Assembly: GCA_044440125.1 (NCBI GenBank)
Contig: JBITAJ010000004.1
Location: forward strand, 192,001-256,000
DNA length: 64,000 bases
Reading direction: 5' to 3'
Origin: Sedimentisphaeraceae bacterium JB056
GTDB taxonomy: Bacteria; Planctomycetota; Phycisphaerae; Sedimentisphaerales; Sedimentisphaeraceae
The position numbers and the translations under genes were made by a program. A model generated the notes under the pieces. It did no database searches and was not told the origin of the DNA. It worked only from the letters and a program-made list of their open reading frames with translations. Below are positions 39,094 to 49,564 of the stretch, piece by piece; position 1 is the first letter of the stretch, and the number at the start of each line of letters is the position of its first letter.

Positions 39094-40194
39094 ATGGCAT
39101 TAAGCATAGGAATAGTCGGACTGCCGAACGTCGGCAAGAGTACAACATTTAACGCACTGACCAAGGCTCAGAACGCCGAGGCCGCGAACTATCCGTTCTG
39201 CACGATTGAGCCCAACAAGGCCATCGTCCCCGTACCGGATAAAAGACTCTATAAGCTGGCGGAAATCGTAAACCCCAAGCGTGTGCAGCACGCGACCGTG
39301 GAGTTTGTGGACATCGCCGGCCTTGTAGCAGGTGCGAGCAAAGGCGAAGGACTTGGCAACAAATTCCTCGGCAACATCCGTCAGACATCAGCCATCGTAC
39401 ACGTAGTACGCTGCTTTGATGATGATAATGTGGTGCATATTGCCGCCCATCCCGATCCAGTGCGTGATGTCGAGATCATCGAGACCGAACTGATCTTCGC
39501 CGACCTCGAACAGCTTGAGCGTAAAATGGAGCGACTGGCAAAGCTTGCCCGCATGGATAAGAAGCTTCAGCCGACCCTTGATATCGCCGCATCTGTGAAA
39601 GAGCATCTCGAAAACGGCAAGCCGGTAAGCCTCTACCCCGACCAGGAAAACGAGACTTTCCAGGAATTCGTAAACGAAATGGGCTTCATCACGGCAAAAA
39701 CAGTGATTTTCGCCGCTAATGTTGACGAAGAAGCTCTGCTTGAGGACAACGAATACGTAACCGCACTTCGCAAAATCGCCTCAGACCGCGGCTGCGAGAT
39801 CGTAAAGCTCTGCGCAAAACTCGAAGAAGACATGGTCGACATGACCGATGAGGAAAAACACGAATTCCTCGACTCAATGGGTATTGAAGAAAGCGGCCTT
39901 GAAAAAGTAATCCATAAGGGTTTTGATGCTCTGGGCCTGATGACATACTTCACTGCCGGAGTTCAGGAAGTACGTGCATGGACAATCGGCAAAGGCTGGA
40001 CAGCCCCGCAAGCGGCCGGCGTAATCCACACAGATTTTGAACGCGGCTTCATCAGAGCCGAAGTGATTTCATACGATGACTTCGTTGAGCACAACGGCGA
40101 AGCAGGAGCAAAAGCCGCCGGCAAAATGAGTGCCAAAGGCAAGGCATACGTAATGGAAAACGGCGACGTAGTCCACTTCCTGTTCAACGTATAA
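39094..40194 (+). CDS. ychF: Ribosome-binding ATPase YchF
   Basis: 'GIVGLPNVGKST', 'ANYPFCTIEPN', 'DIAGLV..GEGLGNKFL', 'AAGVIHTDFERGFIRAE'. Confidence 0.98.
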   Translation: MALSIGIVGLPNVGKSTTFNALTKAQNAEAANYPFCTIEPNKAIVPVPDKRLYKLAEIVNPKRVQHATVEFVDIAGLVAGASKGEGLGNKFLGNIRQTSAIVHVVRCFDDDNVVHIAAHPDPVRDVEIIETELIFADLEQLERKMERLAKLARMDKKLQPTLDIAASVKEHLENGKPVSLYPDQENETFQEFVNEMGFITAKTVIFAANVDEEALLEDNEYVTALRKIASDRGCEIVKLCAKLEEDMVDMTDEEKHEFLDSMGIEESGLEKVIHKGFDALGLMTYFTAGVQEVRAWTIGKGWTAPQAAGVIHTDFERGFIRAEVISYDDFVEHNGEAGAKAAGKMSAKGKAYVMENGDVVHFLFNV

Positions 40195-40205
40195 AGAAAT
40201 AAATC

Positions 40206-40232
40206 AAGGCGGAGCATAAAAAACTCCGCCTT
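40206..40232. terminator. Hairpin terminator after ychF
   Basis: aaggcggag-cataaaaaa-ctccgcctt. Confidence 0.65.
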
Positions 40233-40299
40233 AACATACATATTAGCAGTAACGCGTCAGCCGCTCTTTAATCTGACATAGACTTGATCCAACTCCAAA

Positions 40300-41139
40300 T
40301 CAAGTTTTGTTCCTTAATTTAAGCGGTGACACTCCTAAAACCTTATTGAATGCCCTGTAAAAGCTGCTCAGATTCTCAAAACCAACTATAAGAGCGATTT
40401 GCGTGATAGGAAGCTGTGTGTCTTTAATAAGATCCTTAGCCTTCTCAACCCGAACCTTGTTAAGATAATTTATAAAAGACATGCCTGTAACCTGTTTGCA
40501 GATATTTGTGAATTGCCTTGGACAGAGAAACGTTATCTTTGCAGCCTTTGCAAGATCATACTTATCATAATATGTCCGGCTTATCAGTTCAAGAAAAGAC
40601 TTCATCCTTTCAACACTGCTGGTATCATCATCTTCAACAAGGTATTCAGTCCTGATTCTATAGATATCAACAAGCAAAACCTGACCGCCATTTTGTATTA
40701 ATAACTCAAAGAATGGAGCCTGAGTATTTATCTCTGATATAAAACCATAAACACACCTTTTCATCTGTTCGAGATACAAGCTAGGTATATGAAGCGGCTT
40801 GGAATCTGCATAAACAACTTTCACAAAATCATCTGTCAAGATAGGCAACTTCGAAGTAAAAGCCACAATACAAGCCTTAAGAGGTTCTTCACTCATATTT
40901 GTAAGTTTCACCTTCTGGCCTTCTTTAAGACAGACGACAGAATCATAACCCATAGGATAAATACTGCCGTCAATATCAACCGCAGCACTGCCGGAATGAA
41001 TAAACAAAAGCCGCATATATTTCTCAGCAAACTTACCATTGGCAAAGCTGCTTTCTCCGGTTATGTAACTTACATAAACACCCGTATGTTCCAGAAATTC
41101 TTCCGGATCAGTTATTCTGTTCTTCTCTTGTCTAAGCAA
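40300..41139 (-). CDS. AraC family transcriptional regulator
   Basis: Cupin-like N-terminus; 'GMSFINYLNKVRVEKAKDLI..IALIVGFENLSSFYRAF..GVSP'. Confidence 0.92.
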   Translation of the reverse strand: MLRQEKNRITDPEEFLEHTGVYVSYITGESSFANGKFAEKYMRLLFIHSGSAAVDIDGSIYPMGYDSVVCLKEGQKVKLTNMSEEPLKACIVAFTSKLPILTDDFVKVVYADSKPLHIPSLYLEQMKRCVYGFISEINTQAPFFELLIQNGGQVLLVDIYRIRTEYLVEDDDTSSVERMKSFLELISRTYYDKYDLAKAAKITFLCPRQFTNICKQVTGMSFINYLNKVRVEKAKDLIKDTQLPITQIALIVGFENLSSFYRAFNKVLGVSPLKLRNKT

Positions 41140-41300
41140 TTTTATATAAACCTTTAACAGCAGAAGTCAACAAACAAATTGTATCAACTTCTGCAAAATT
41201 ATCAACTCATCACATAAGCTTATTACGCAAGATATATCTCTACTTTTGGAATATATTCAGTACCTCTGCCATCATACGAAACCGTTCTTACCTGAACATA

Positions 41301-42644
41301 TCACTTATCTATTTTGATAACGGCAACCCTGCTATTTGCCTCATGGGCAACAGTAAAGACTACTTTACTGCCATCAGGCGTAATATTAGGATGTATGTGA
41401 CGTGGATGCCTTAAGCCACCCATTATTCTCGCAAGTTTAATCGTTTTGCCCGAAGGCACATCAAACATAACTAAATCTTCAGGATTATTCTGCTCTACAG
41501 ATTCACCACGTGTTATCCTTGTAAGAGAATACATAGTATCCCAAATTATACGTTTACCATCTCTGCTTACTGCAACATGAACCGGTGATGGAATTACTCC
41601 TTCAATAATTTTTTCAACTTTTCCACTGCGAGGATCATATCTTGTGATACCTCCATCAATTATCACTTCATCATGAGTAGGTATATCAACAAAATACTTA
41701 TATTGACCTGCCCATACCTCATGTGTATGAATAACACCGGGAGGAGTTATTGTATCCATCTTGACAAGTGAACCGTCAGTCTTTGCTGACCACATTCGAG
41801 CACTTTCAACACTTCCGTTAGAAAGTCCAGAATAACCATGACAGAAAAACATCTCATCTTTATCTAAAGGATTTATAACCGCATGGGAAAGATTTACGCC
41901 ATTAGTATCTTTAGGATGGGATACTACTGCCCTATTAGTCCATGTAAAGACAACGGAAGGACCATCAAGAATCTCATTTGTTTCAGGGTCAAGATCAATA
42001 GAATATACGGCAGTAGTTCTACCGGAAAAAAAACTGCCATTTTCCGGACCCGGATGAACAGCAAATACAATAACCCTGCTGCCATCATCTGTTATCGTAG
42101 GCGGATCACCAAGAGTACCTATCGCAATATTCCAAAGTAGCTTTCGCTGCCCATTATCAAGATCAAGCAGATAAAGATTGTGTCCAGTCATATCATAATA
42201 CACAACAACATTACTCTCCGGCGCATAATCGCTGTGATATTGAGAGGACATTGAAAGATGATTTTTACCATATTTAACAGTATCCTCAACCTCAATGGAT
42301 GCAAGCCAATAAATATCACCATTTCCGATATCTGCTGCAAGAAGCTGTCTCTCGGTGCGATGATAATCAGAATTATCACCCGTAGAAGGCTTCCCGTCAG
42401 GACGGGGACGAACAGATTCAAATATCACATATTTATCATCTTCTAACCAACCTTTGTTATGCGGATACTGAGCCGAATTAAGATATTTACCATCAGAAAG
42501 GTAAACAATTTCTCTACCGGTTTCTGAATCAACCACAACCTCCCGTTCATTCGCAATTTTTTCAAAATTATCAGCAAGCTTTGCATTAACGGCAAAATTG
42601 AGAACAGTGATACACAGACAAAAAAATCTGATATTCATTTGCAA
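41301..42644 (-). CDS. Secreted beta-propeller, oligogalacturonate lyase (PL22)-like, paralogue 1
   Basis: 'DSETGREIVYLS', 'SHAVINP', 'FCHG', 'HTHEVW', 'HPRHIHPNITPDG'. Confidence 0.7.
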   Translation of the reverse strand: MQMNIRFFCLCITVLNFAVNAKLADNFEKIANEREVVVDSETGREIVYLSDGKYLNSAQYPHNKGWLEDDKYVIFESVRPRPDGKPSTGDNSDYHRTERQLLAADIGNGDIYWLASIEVEDTVKYGKNHLSMSSQYHSDYAPESNVVVYYDMTGHNLYLLDLDNGQRKLLWNIAIGTLGDPPTITDDGSRVIVFAVHPGPENGSFFSGRTTAVYSIDLDPETNEILDGPSVVFTWTNRAVVSHPKDTNGVNLSHAVINPLDKDEMFFCHGYSGLSNGSVESARMWSAKTDGSLVKMDTITPPGVIHTHEVWAGQYKYFVDIPTHDEVIIDGGITRYDPRSGKVEKIIEGVIPSPVHVAVSRDGKRIIWDTMYSLTRITRGESVEQNNPEDLVMFDVPSGKTIKLARIMGGLRHPRHIHPNITPDGSKVVFTVAHEANSRVAVIKIDK

Positions 42645-42682
42645 GAAGTCCTTTTATGTATAATTTATAGAGTTGCAAAATA

Positions 42683-42714
42683 AAGTCTGCCGAAACAAAT
42701 GCTTCGACAGACTT
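42683..42714 (-). terminator. Intergenic hairpin
   Basis: aagtctg-c-cgaa...ttcg-a-cagactt. Confidence 0.5.
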
Positions 42715-42727
42715 GAAATAACATCAA

Positions 42728-45670
42728 TTAGTATCCCATCCATTCATCTGCTAATATAGAATAGTCATACAGGTCGACCTGACAATCATCGTTAAGATCT
42801 GCATTTATAAATCCTGAACAAACAGGAGCTGTTATCAATTCTATATTATCAATATCTATAGTACCCGTACCTTCATAGCCAGAGAGCGCATAACATCCCA
42901 AAACCAATCCCTGAACATTATCTAACTCAACAGGAGCATAGCTGGTATAGAGAAGCCTATCAAGATCAACAAGCCAGTTATCCCATTGATCTGCAGGCTC
43001 AGAAGTTGAACCCTGCTCATACGTTACTATAGACGTAGCAGCTACATTATCAAAAGCAACACCGCCATTCAGGAATTTAACATACATTCCTGTTTGTTTT
43101 GCATTACCGGAAGCTCTCTTAACCCACAGGCTGAGATAATCATAACCACTGACATCTACAGGAGTATCGAGTTCAAACAGAATATCTGTAAATCTGGCTC
43201 CGTTACCACTAAAATCGTTAGTATTATACTGCCATCTCAATGCTTTGCTTCCTGAATAAGATTCAGCAGAAGTACTAAGCAACGTTGCTGTACTCATAGC
43301 TGTCGATCCGATACTTGCAGATTGGCCAAAGTCACTCCAATATGTATCAAGTGCGGCCTGATCCGCATAATATTCAAAAGTTCCTTTTTCGAAATCAGTA
43401 ACAGTCGATGGCTGCTCAATAGTGGAATCAATCCATGAACCAGCGAACTGATCAAGGTCATCCCCATCAACATCTGAATCCTGATCTACATCACCAAATA
43501 CAATAGGCCCACCATTATATATATCATTAACATCACTTGGAGAAAGATCTTTGTCGTAGATTCTAAAGTCATCTATTGTACCATCAAACCAGCTGTTGGC
43601 GTTGGTTGTATCAAAACCGAGAGTAGCTCCTATCGTAAGAGCATATGCTCTTGTCATATCACTGTTCTTATAAAGCTTTTTGAAGCCGTCCTGAATACCA
43701 TTAATATAAACTTCACAACAAACAGATGCTTCTGTACATTCCCTGATAACAGCAGCAACATGTGTCCACTCTCCAGGTGTTACCTGTCCGACAGTCTGTA
43801 TAATCTCATTTCCTTCTGTTGTACTTACTCCCTGTAAACGGACAAGACTGCCGTAAAGATACAAATAATACTTATAGCCGCCTGTCTGTGGTGCTATATT
43901 AAATATTTGCTGAAGCCCTGATGTATCATCAGGATTTATCCAGCAACTTATAGTTTTATCCTTGAATGGACCGAAAGCAAACTCATTATTTCGATCTTTA
44001 AATGTGATACTGTTTGAAATACCATCAAAATCAAAACATTTACCATAAACGCCATTAACCCATTGAGATGTATTGCCATCATAATTATTCATCACGCCGT
44101 AAAGATCATTACCTGATGAATCAGCAATAAGATCACTGCCGCCTTCCTGATCCATCTCGTAATACAACTCAAGATCATCTTTAGTTCTAAAAACTCTCTC
44201 AGCAGGAACTGTAGCAGCCAAATCAGCTACTTCAGTGTCAGTAAGTGTTGCATTATAAATCCTGAAATCATCTATCTTGCCATAGAATGCCTGCCTCTGA
44301 ACCGCTGTCATACTTTTATCAGCAGCACTGCCGCCAATACTTGGATAATAATGTTTACCAACTTCATCCCTTGTTATACCTGTCTTAGTTACAGCAAGAG
44401 TACCATTAACATAAAGTCTGAATTCTGACATACCATCAGCCGTATTGGCATTTACAACGGCAAGATGATACCATGTATTGCCATCTATAACCGGTATTTG
44501 ATACTGTTGATAACCCTCTGTACCTTGAACTCTGAAATATCCATTCACCATCGCAAGATAAAACTTATACGGCTGATCAGAGCCGTTAATCAAACCAAAA
44601 ATAAATTGCACAGTATTTCCAACAGGTGAAGTTGCACCAGTCGGACACACCCATGCTGAAATCGTATTATTCTGGAACTTTCCCAATGCAGTAGTAGCAT
44701 ATGTATCAGGGACTGATGCCAATGCTATGCGGTTCTCATTACCATCACCATTAAAACATCGCCCAAATTTTCCGTGATTATTCCATGCGGACTCAATACC
44801 ACTGAAACCTTTGACTTCTCCTCCCATTGTTCCCTTTTCATCATACGCCCATACAGTTAGACCATCATCCATAGGCATATAAACCAGCAAAGAATCCTCT
44901 AAACTGTCTGTAGAAGGTTCATAATCATAAAGTGCTTCAATCTGCTCCTGAGATAATGCAACATCATAAAAACGCATATCATCAAGCATACCTTTTATAA
45001 ATTGAGACGAATCAGGATTTTGAGCATTATTTGTACCAATTCCCAAATTATCAACAAGACCTGTTTCATCTCTGACCAAACCAGCCATAGAGGTTATCAT
45101 AACACCATTAACCCAGGCTTCCATTGTAGAGAGTCCATCTTCTGTATTTCTTGAAAGTAAAATAACATGATACCACTGCTCTGTCTGAAAAACACCAGAG
45201 ACGCGTTTATCACCGACAATTCCATTCTTGTCATCATACTGCATCCTTAACTGTCCATCATAATTCAACAAAGTCGCTTTATAACCTCCCCAGTTATTGC
45301 AAAATAAATACTGCACAGAAGAAATATCATTGAACTTAACCCACATCGAAACAGTCTTTTCCTGAAAACCGCCAAGATCAGAGATTGTCCATACATCTGA
45401 ATATGGAGTAGCACAAGCTCTGCCATCAAAATTAACCGCATTACCAAATTTCCCATCAACCCACTGGCTTGTATCTGAAGCTTCAAGTCCTAATAATTCG
45501 ACTCCGATATTGGATACGGAATCAGCTCCGATAAGTCCGGCTGTTTCATCAAACCTCCAATGAGTTATCAGATTATCCTGAGGATTAAATACCGCAAAAG
45601 ATATATTACAAACAAATATACATATCCATAAGATCAACACATTTCTAATTTTCATTTCAGCATCCTTCAA
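42728..45670 (-). CDS. Secreted protein with three LamG-like domains, a CBM-like domain and a dockerin-like C-terminus
   Basis: Three 'W.H....NG...G.(L/I)DD.R.Y' units; 'ADLNDDCQVDLYDYSILADEW'. Likely start at 45655. Confidence 0.82.
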   Translation of the reverse strand: MKDAEMKIRNVLILWICIFVCNISFAVFNPQDNLITHWRFDETAGLIGADSVSNIGVELLGLEASDTSQWVDGKFGNAVNFDGRACATPYSDVWTISDLGGFQEKTVSMWVKFNDISSVQYLFCNNWGGYKATLLNYDGQLRMQYDDKNGIVGDKRVSGVFQTEQWYHVILLSRNTEDGLSTMEAWVNGVMITSMAGLVRDETGLVDNLGIGTNNAQNPDSSQFIKGMLDDMRFYDVALSQEQIEALYDYEPSTDSLEDSLLVYMPMDDGLTVWAYDEKGTMGGEVKGFSGIESAWNNHGKFGRCFNGDGNENRIALASVPDTYATTALGKFQNNTISAWVCPTGATSPVGNTVQFIFGLINGSDQPYKFYLAMVNGYFRVQGTEGYQQYQIPVIDGNTWYHLAVVNANTADGMSEFRLYVNGTLAVTKTGITRDEVGKHYYPSIGGSAADKSMTAVQRQAFYGKIDDFRIYNATLTDTEVADLAATVPAERVFRTKDDLELYYEMDQEGGSDLIADSSGNDLYGVMNNYDGNTSQWVNGVYGKCFDFDGISNSITFKDRNNEFAFGPFKDKTISCWINPDDTSGLQQIFNIAPQTGGYKYYLYLYGSLVRLQGVSTTEGNEIIQTVGQVTPGEWTHVAAVIRECTEASVCCEVYINGIQDGFKKLYKNSDMTRAYALTIGATLGFDTTNANSWFDGTIDDFRIYDKDLSPSDVNDIYNGGPIVFGDVDQDSDVDGDDLDQFAGSWIDSTIEQPSTVTDFEKGTFEYYADQAALDTYWSDFGQSASIGSTAMSTATLLSTSAESYSGSKALRWQYNTNDFSGNGARFTDILFELDTPVDVSGYDYLSLWVKRASGNAKQTGMYVKFLNGGVAFDNVAATSIVTYEQGSTSEPADQWDNWLVDLDRLLYTSYAPVELDNVQGLVLGCYALSGYEGTGTIDIDNIELITAPVCSGFINADLNDDCQVDLYDYSILADEWMGY

Positions 45671-45689
45671 TTAAATTAACATTAAAAAA

Positions 45690-46994
45690 TCACTCTACAG
45701 AACACAATGAAATCTTACTCTGAGAATTTTCAAAATCACAGTAAACTATCTTCTTACTGTCTCCGGAGACATGAAAATTAATTCTCTTTCCAGATATTCT
45801 GCTCTGCCTTGCTGACACTAATGCCTTCTTCTCGGCAGTAATTGTGTTCAATTCATAAACAACAGTAGAACCTAAATCGTTATCATCATAACTTATAGGC
45901 AATATATTATAGATTATATTATCATCAGGTAATACAATGAGATTATCCATATTCACTCTATAAGAAGGAAAAGGAATAAAACTAACACTCTTATCTGATT
46001 TACTCTTAACCTTTACTCTCTTATCAGTCAATAATTTCCGCCATCTTTGATAACCGGTACTATTAATATTAGCTCTCGAAAATCCACCTTCAGCTACAAA
46101 ATACAGATCATTGCCCTTACACCACAAACCTCCAACACTCCCAATTTGGTCAGCAAATCTTCCCATACGTGAGCCATCAGTTAAACAGTATTCCAAACAG
46201 TAACTTTCCTGACCATCCATATCAATCTGTTTATTTTTAAAAGCCATCCAACTCCCATCAGGAGACAGAAACGGATAACCAAGAGTTTTTGACGCTTGTG
46301 ATTCATTAGCCTTTATATTAGCAAAACTGTTGGCAATCTCAATATCACCAACTACCTGCATATTTACAGTATCAATATTAAAGACCATTATAGAATGATT
46401 TGTACCATCATAATAGTCAGTATCAGGTCCTCGATGAATTGCTTCAATAACAACAACACCGCCATCATCACTTATTGCCGGAGTGCCTATAAAAGTTCCA
46501 GCAAATAAATGTAGAAGTTCTATTGTCAGATCATCCGTCAACCGCTTAAGATAAAGATGATGCCCTGTAATATCCCGGTATGCCACCAGATCATTTTCTC
46601 TGCTGCATGTAAAATGTGCATCAGATGAAATATCAAAGTGCCCCCAACCGTATATAAATGGATCTTCAACTTCTAAAGATGTTATCCAATACGCATCTCC
46701 TGTTAACAAATTAATTGCCGCTATCTGCTTTTCTCCATTACCGCTTGATTCCCCCTGAGGCCTTGCCATATCCGTTTCAAACAAAACAAATTGTTCATTG
46801 CCAATCCATATATTTCTGTCAGGCAAGGGAATTGTAATATCAGAGGAATTAGTGAACGACAAAACTTCTCTTCCAGTAAGCGGGTCAACAGAAGTAGATG
46901 AATCAAAATTAATTTGAATATAATTACCAACAACAATATCCGCAGATACTGCTTGCGATAACAAAACTGTAAAGATCAATATTTTATTTATCAT
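45690..46994 (-). CDS. Secreted beta-propeller, divergent paralogue 2
   Basis: Shares 'DPLTGRE', 'GDAYWITSLEVED', 'DITGHHLY' with the neighbouring paralogues but lacks the His motifs. Confidence 0.65.
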   Translation of the reverse strand: MINKILIFTVLLSQAVSADIVVGNYIQINFDSSTSVDPLTGREVLSFTNSSDITIPLPDRNIWIGNEQFVLFETDMARPQGESSGNGEKQIAAINLLTGDAYWITSLEVEDPFIYGWGHFDISSDAHFTCSRENDLVAYRDITGHHLYLKRLTDDLTIELLHLFAGTFIGTPAISDDGGVVVIEAIHRGPDTDYYDGTNHSIMVFNIDTVNMQVVGDIEIANSFANIKANESQASKTLGYPFLSPDGSWMAFKNKQIDMDGQESYCLEYCLTDGSRMGRFADQIGSVGGLWCKGNDLYFVAEGGFSRANINSTGYQRWRKLLTDKRVKVKSKSDKSVSFIPFPSYRVNMDNLIVLPDDNIIYNILPISYDDNDLGSTVVYELNTITAEKKALVSARQSRISGKRINFHVSGDSKKIVYCDFENSQSKISLCSVE

Positions 46995-47016
46995 ACCTTA
47001 AACCATATTCTTTCAA

Positions 47017-48324
47017 TTATTGATCAATATCAACTACCACAACCTGACTGTCATCAATACCAACACCAACATTAAAAGCAATCATTTTTCCATCAGGTCT
47101 GAGGATTGGGTGAGGATGTCTGGGGTGATTAACACCTCCAATTTGACTAGCCACTTGAATAAGTGAAGCTTCCGCCCTGTTATACAACCATATACCAATA
47201 TTTCTTGTATAATCGTCTATCAAACTGTTAAATGTATCAAATACAAACAAATTTTCAGCCTTATCCAAACCTATATGAATAATTGCCAGTGAAGTGCTTG
47301 AAAATACTTCTTCAAGACCGCCATTCAACACATCAAGCTTCTGTATACTGCTTCCACTACTTTTAATGCGTACAAAATAACTATATCTATTAGAAAAACC
47401 CCACATCTCGTGAGTATCAATGTTTTGTGTGTCTGTAAGTGATTTTATCAAAGAACCATCAGTCTTACCGTACCAAACACGGCGTTTCTGGACAGAACCA
47501 TCTGCGGAACCACTGTAACCATGACAGAAAGTCATTTGGGACACATCCATTGGATCAATTATTACATGACCAATATTGATTTCGCTATCTTGAGAAATAT
47601 CAGAACGGTTACTGTAAGAGTATACGAGTTTCGGCAGTCCTATCGCCTCCCCAGTTTCGGTATTCAATCTAATTTTGTATATTGATGTTGTTTTGCCTGA
47701 AAAAAAGCTGCTATCAGTCGGTTTTGCAGAACAGGCATAAACTAATACAGCCCTTCCGTCCCAACTTATAGATGGCGTATCTCCTAAAGTCGCATACTCA
47801 GAATGCCATATTAGATTTCTATTACCTGTATCAAGATCAAGAGTATAAAGTCTATGGCCTGTCATGTCATAATATACAAGAATATCGGCCCCTGGCGAAT
47901 AATCTATATGATACTGAGACGACATTGATACATGATTAACACCATACTGAGAAATATCTTCAACTTCAATACTTCCAAGCCAATAGATATCTCCATTATT
48001 TACATTAACAGCAAGAAGCTGCCTCTCTATAAAATGATAATCACCTACAGTATTACCTGTAGAAGGCTGCCCGTCAGGCCGTGGTCTGTCTGACTCTATG
48101 AATATATAGTTACCATCATTAGACCATCCTCTATTATGAGGATAACAGCTTGTATTCATGTATTGATTATTCGTCAGATAATTTAACTGATAGCCAGTAA
48201 CAGAATCGACTGCTACCGTTTTTTCATTACCTGCATAAGTAAAATTAGATGAAATATCCGCGGTCGACACCTTCAAAAACATCAAAAATGCCAGAAAAAT
48301 AATCAATCTGATATTATTACTCAA
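47017..48324 (-). CDS. Secreted beta-propeller, oligogalacturonate lyase-like, paralogue 3
   Basis: 'YPHNRGWS', 'MSSQYH', 'GHVIIDP', 'FCHG', 'THEMWG', 'HPRHPHPILRPDG'. Confidence 0.7.
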   Translation of the reverse strand: MSNNIRLIIFLAFLMFLKVSTADISSNFTYAGNEKTVAVDSVTGYQLNYLTNNQYMNTSCYPHNRGWSNDGNYIFIESDRPRPDGQPSTGNTVGDYHFIERQLLAVNVNNGDIYWLGSIEVEDISQYGVNHVSMSSQYHIDYSPGADILVYYDMTGHRLYTLDLDTGNRNLIWHSEYATLGDTPSISWDGRAVLVYACSAKPTDSSFFSGKTTSIYKIRLNTETGEAIGLPKLVYSYSNRSDISQDSEINIGHVIIDPMDVSQMTFCHGYSGSADGSVQKRRVWYGKTDGSLIKSLTDTQNIDTHEMWGFSNRYSYFVRIKSSGSSIQKLDVLNGGLEEVFSSTSLAIIHIGLDKAENLFVFDTFNSLIDDYTRNIGIWLYNRAEASLIQVASQIGGVNHPRHPHPILRPDGKMIAFNVGVGIDDSQVVVVDIDQ

Positions 48325-48342
48325 TTTGCTTCTCTTCTTTAA

Positions 48343-49200
48343 TTATTGCCATTGCCAATTGAAAGGATACACAAGACCTCGATAAGGTTGTCCACTGTTA
48401 TAATCCTCTCCAGGAACGAGGCCATGCCATTCAACATGCCCATCAGTAAACCCATAATTGCCGCCATCTTTATGAATAGTAGTCTCATCTTCACTAACAA
48501 CAGGATTTCCATTAACCAATGCCGTGTGGACAAAAGGTTTGGCAAATTGAGAAAACCCCGTACTTCCCTGTACTGCTCCGTATTGATCTCCCTGAAAACC
48601 AATACCTATGTGAGTTTCACCAAGATGAATAACTGTTGCCGGATTTTTTACCCTGTAAACACGTGTAGGGACACACGAAAGATCTCCTTTCAGATCAGAC
48701 CAACTTCGTTCTCCGCCATAGTAATTAGTACCGTTATAAAAACTCCTGTTGGGACTGTAGGATCTCTTAAACGGCTCACTTCTGGAATCTGTCTGATACA
48801 GAATATCGGTAGCAAGTTCACGCCTTTTTCTCGGTTTTTTGTCAGAAGGACATTCGAGCCATTTTTTAAACACATCTTTCTTATCAGTCCCCATATATTC
48901 GGAAAGACTTGAATCCCATGGCCTTCCTACCTGTTCAACACCGGCAAGATAAGTTACTCCGCCAGTCAAGTTACCCATGCTTTTAGGCCTTATTCCCCTA
49001 TCCGGCACAAGATAGCCCTTGTTATCAAGTGCATATGTATTGAGTCCCTGTAAAATTTGTTTCTCGTTGCTACCGCATAAAATACGTTTTGCCTGCTCTC
49101 TTGCCTTGCCCAAAGCAGGCATCATTATAGCCATTAAAACCGCAATTATCGAAATAACCACTAATAATTCTATTAAAGTAAAAGCCTTTTTCACTTTCAT
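48343..49200 (-). CDS. Prepilin-type N-terminal cleavage/methylation protein with H-X9-DG motif (DUF1559-like)
   Basis: '[34 protein letters not shown]', '[15 protein letters not shown]'. Confidence 0.92.
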   Translation of the reverse strand: MKVKKAFTLIELLVVISIIAVLMAIMMPALGKAREQAKRILCGSNEKQILQGLNTYALDNKGYLVPDRGIRPKSMGNLTGGVTYLAGVEQVGRPWDSSLSEYMGTDKKDVFKKWLECPSDKKPRKRRELATDILYQTDSRSEPFKRSYSPNRSFYNGTNYYGGERSWSDLKGDLSCVPTRVYRVKNPATVIHLGETHIGIGFQGDQYGAVQGSTGFSQFAKPFVHTALVNGNPVVSEDETTIHKDGGNYGFTDGHVEWHGLVPGEDYNSGQPYRGLVYPFNWQWQ

Positions 49201-49564
49201 AGCAAAACTCTCCGTAAAACAAAAAGTAAATATCATTCTATCATATTATGTATTCTAAATCCCAAACGAATAAAAAACCTCATGCAAAAGGAAAAAATTA
49301 TTCGCATATCCGGCAATAACACTTCTGGATATCATAAATTTAGGTTAAAAAAATAAGAAAAAAAGCAAATTAACTGATTAAAGCACCTTTATATAGCTCT
49401 GAAATCTTCAATTATATATTTCTCTTAAAAAAACAAACGCAAAGTAATAGCTTAGAGATATCTGCTTTATTGAGCTTGGTTTATAAGATTTATATTGACT
49501 TCTGATGCCAAAAACTGTTTAATCGTTATGTAGCGATTATTCATTTATGTTTGCAGGAGTGATT

